From a virus: a stretch of 64,000 nt of DNA. The stretch is taken from the IMG/VR virus record IMGVR_UViG_3300027754_000045, positions 89,851 through 153,850 of that record; one strand, given 5' to 3'. Below, piece after piece: positions 63,936 to 64,000 of this stretch. The translations under genes were made by a program, and so were the position numbers. The notes below the pieces were generated by a model, which was given only the letters and a program-made list of their open reading frames with translations, had not been told where the DNA came from and made no database searches. Within the stretch, counting starts at the first letter, position 1; every line of letters starts with the position of its first letter.

Positions 63936-64000
63936 GTGCTATCCTTTATCCAATACCTCGCAGAAGCTAAAACTGCAATGGAGCGCATAGAGAGTCGTGC
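63936..64000 (+). CDS. 3'-partial putative internal head protein
   Basis: MLSFIQYLAEAKTAMERIESR, a capsid-targeting-like N-terminus. Confidence 0.6.
   Translation, partial: MLSFIQYLAEAKTAMERIESR

Noticed and set aside
1-64000. Stop-codon reassignment
   Set aside because: Core genes are full length in code 11 and all three stop codons are used

Overview
The window comes from a large T4-like (myovirus) phage genome that uses the standard genetic code; the host cannot be identified from the sequence. 1-14 kb (+): virion appendage genes. These are a 5'-truncated giant protein (10 IPT/TIG repeats, a heparinase II/III-like region and a GH56 hyaluronidase-like domain), a collagen-like protein, a tail fibre and accessory genes. 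14-23.6 kb (+): T4-type replication and nucleotide module (Nmad1-like, gp43, UvsX, gp41, gp61, ThyX, class II RNR). 23.6-42 kb (mostly -): late genes under TATAAATA-type promoters, including probable protease-processed internal head proteins, a tail-sheath paralogue with an RCC1-like insertion, lysis-like membrane proteins, a trypsin-like protease, a GIY-YIG homing endonuclease, RuvC and a PD-(D/E)XK exonuclease. 42.3-63.7 kb (-): early/host-takeover region with CobS/CobT-like AAA+/vWA pair, HNH nucleases, DUF932, HicB-like and other small paralogous proteins, many of them driven by leaderless sigma70 promoters. The most unusual signals are non-coding. (i) A repeated terminator / GTCC(G/C/T)ATAAC+GACTATCAAC array / A-tract / promoter / stem-loop cassette separates the transcription units at 59.5-63.8 kb, with a further copy of the array at 44.3 kb. 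(ii) A 400-bp locus at 59.2-59.6 kb holds helically phased TGGGG (MraZ-box-like) and CTCAG repeats and a lone + strand promoter. (iii) A 28-bp tandem array carrying a 15-bp palindrome lies at 43.6-44.0 kb. All protein calls come from motif recognition by eye; no database searches were run.
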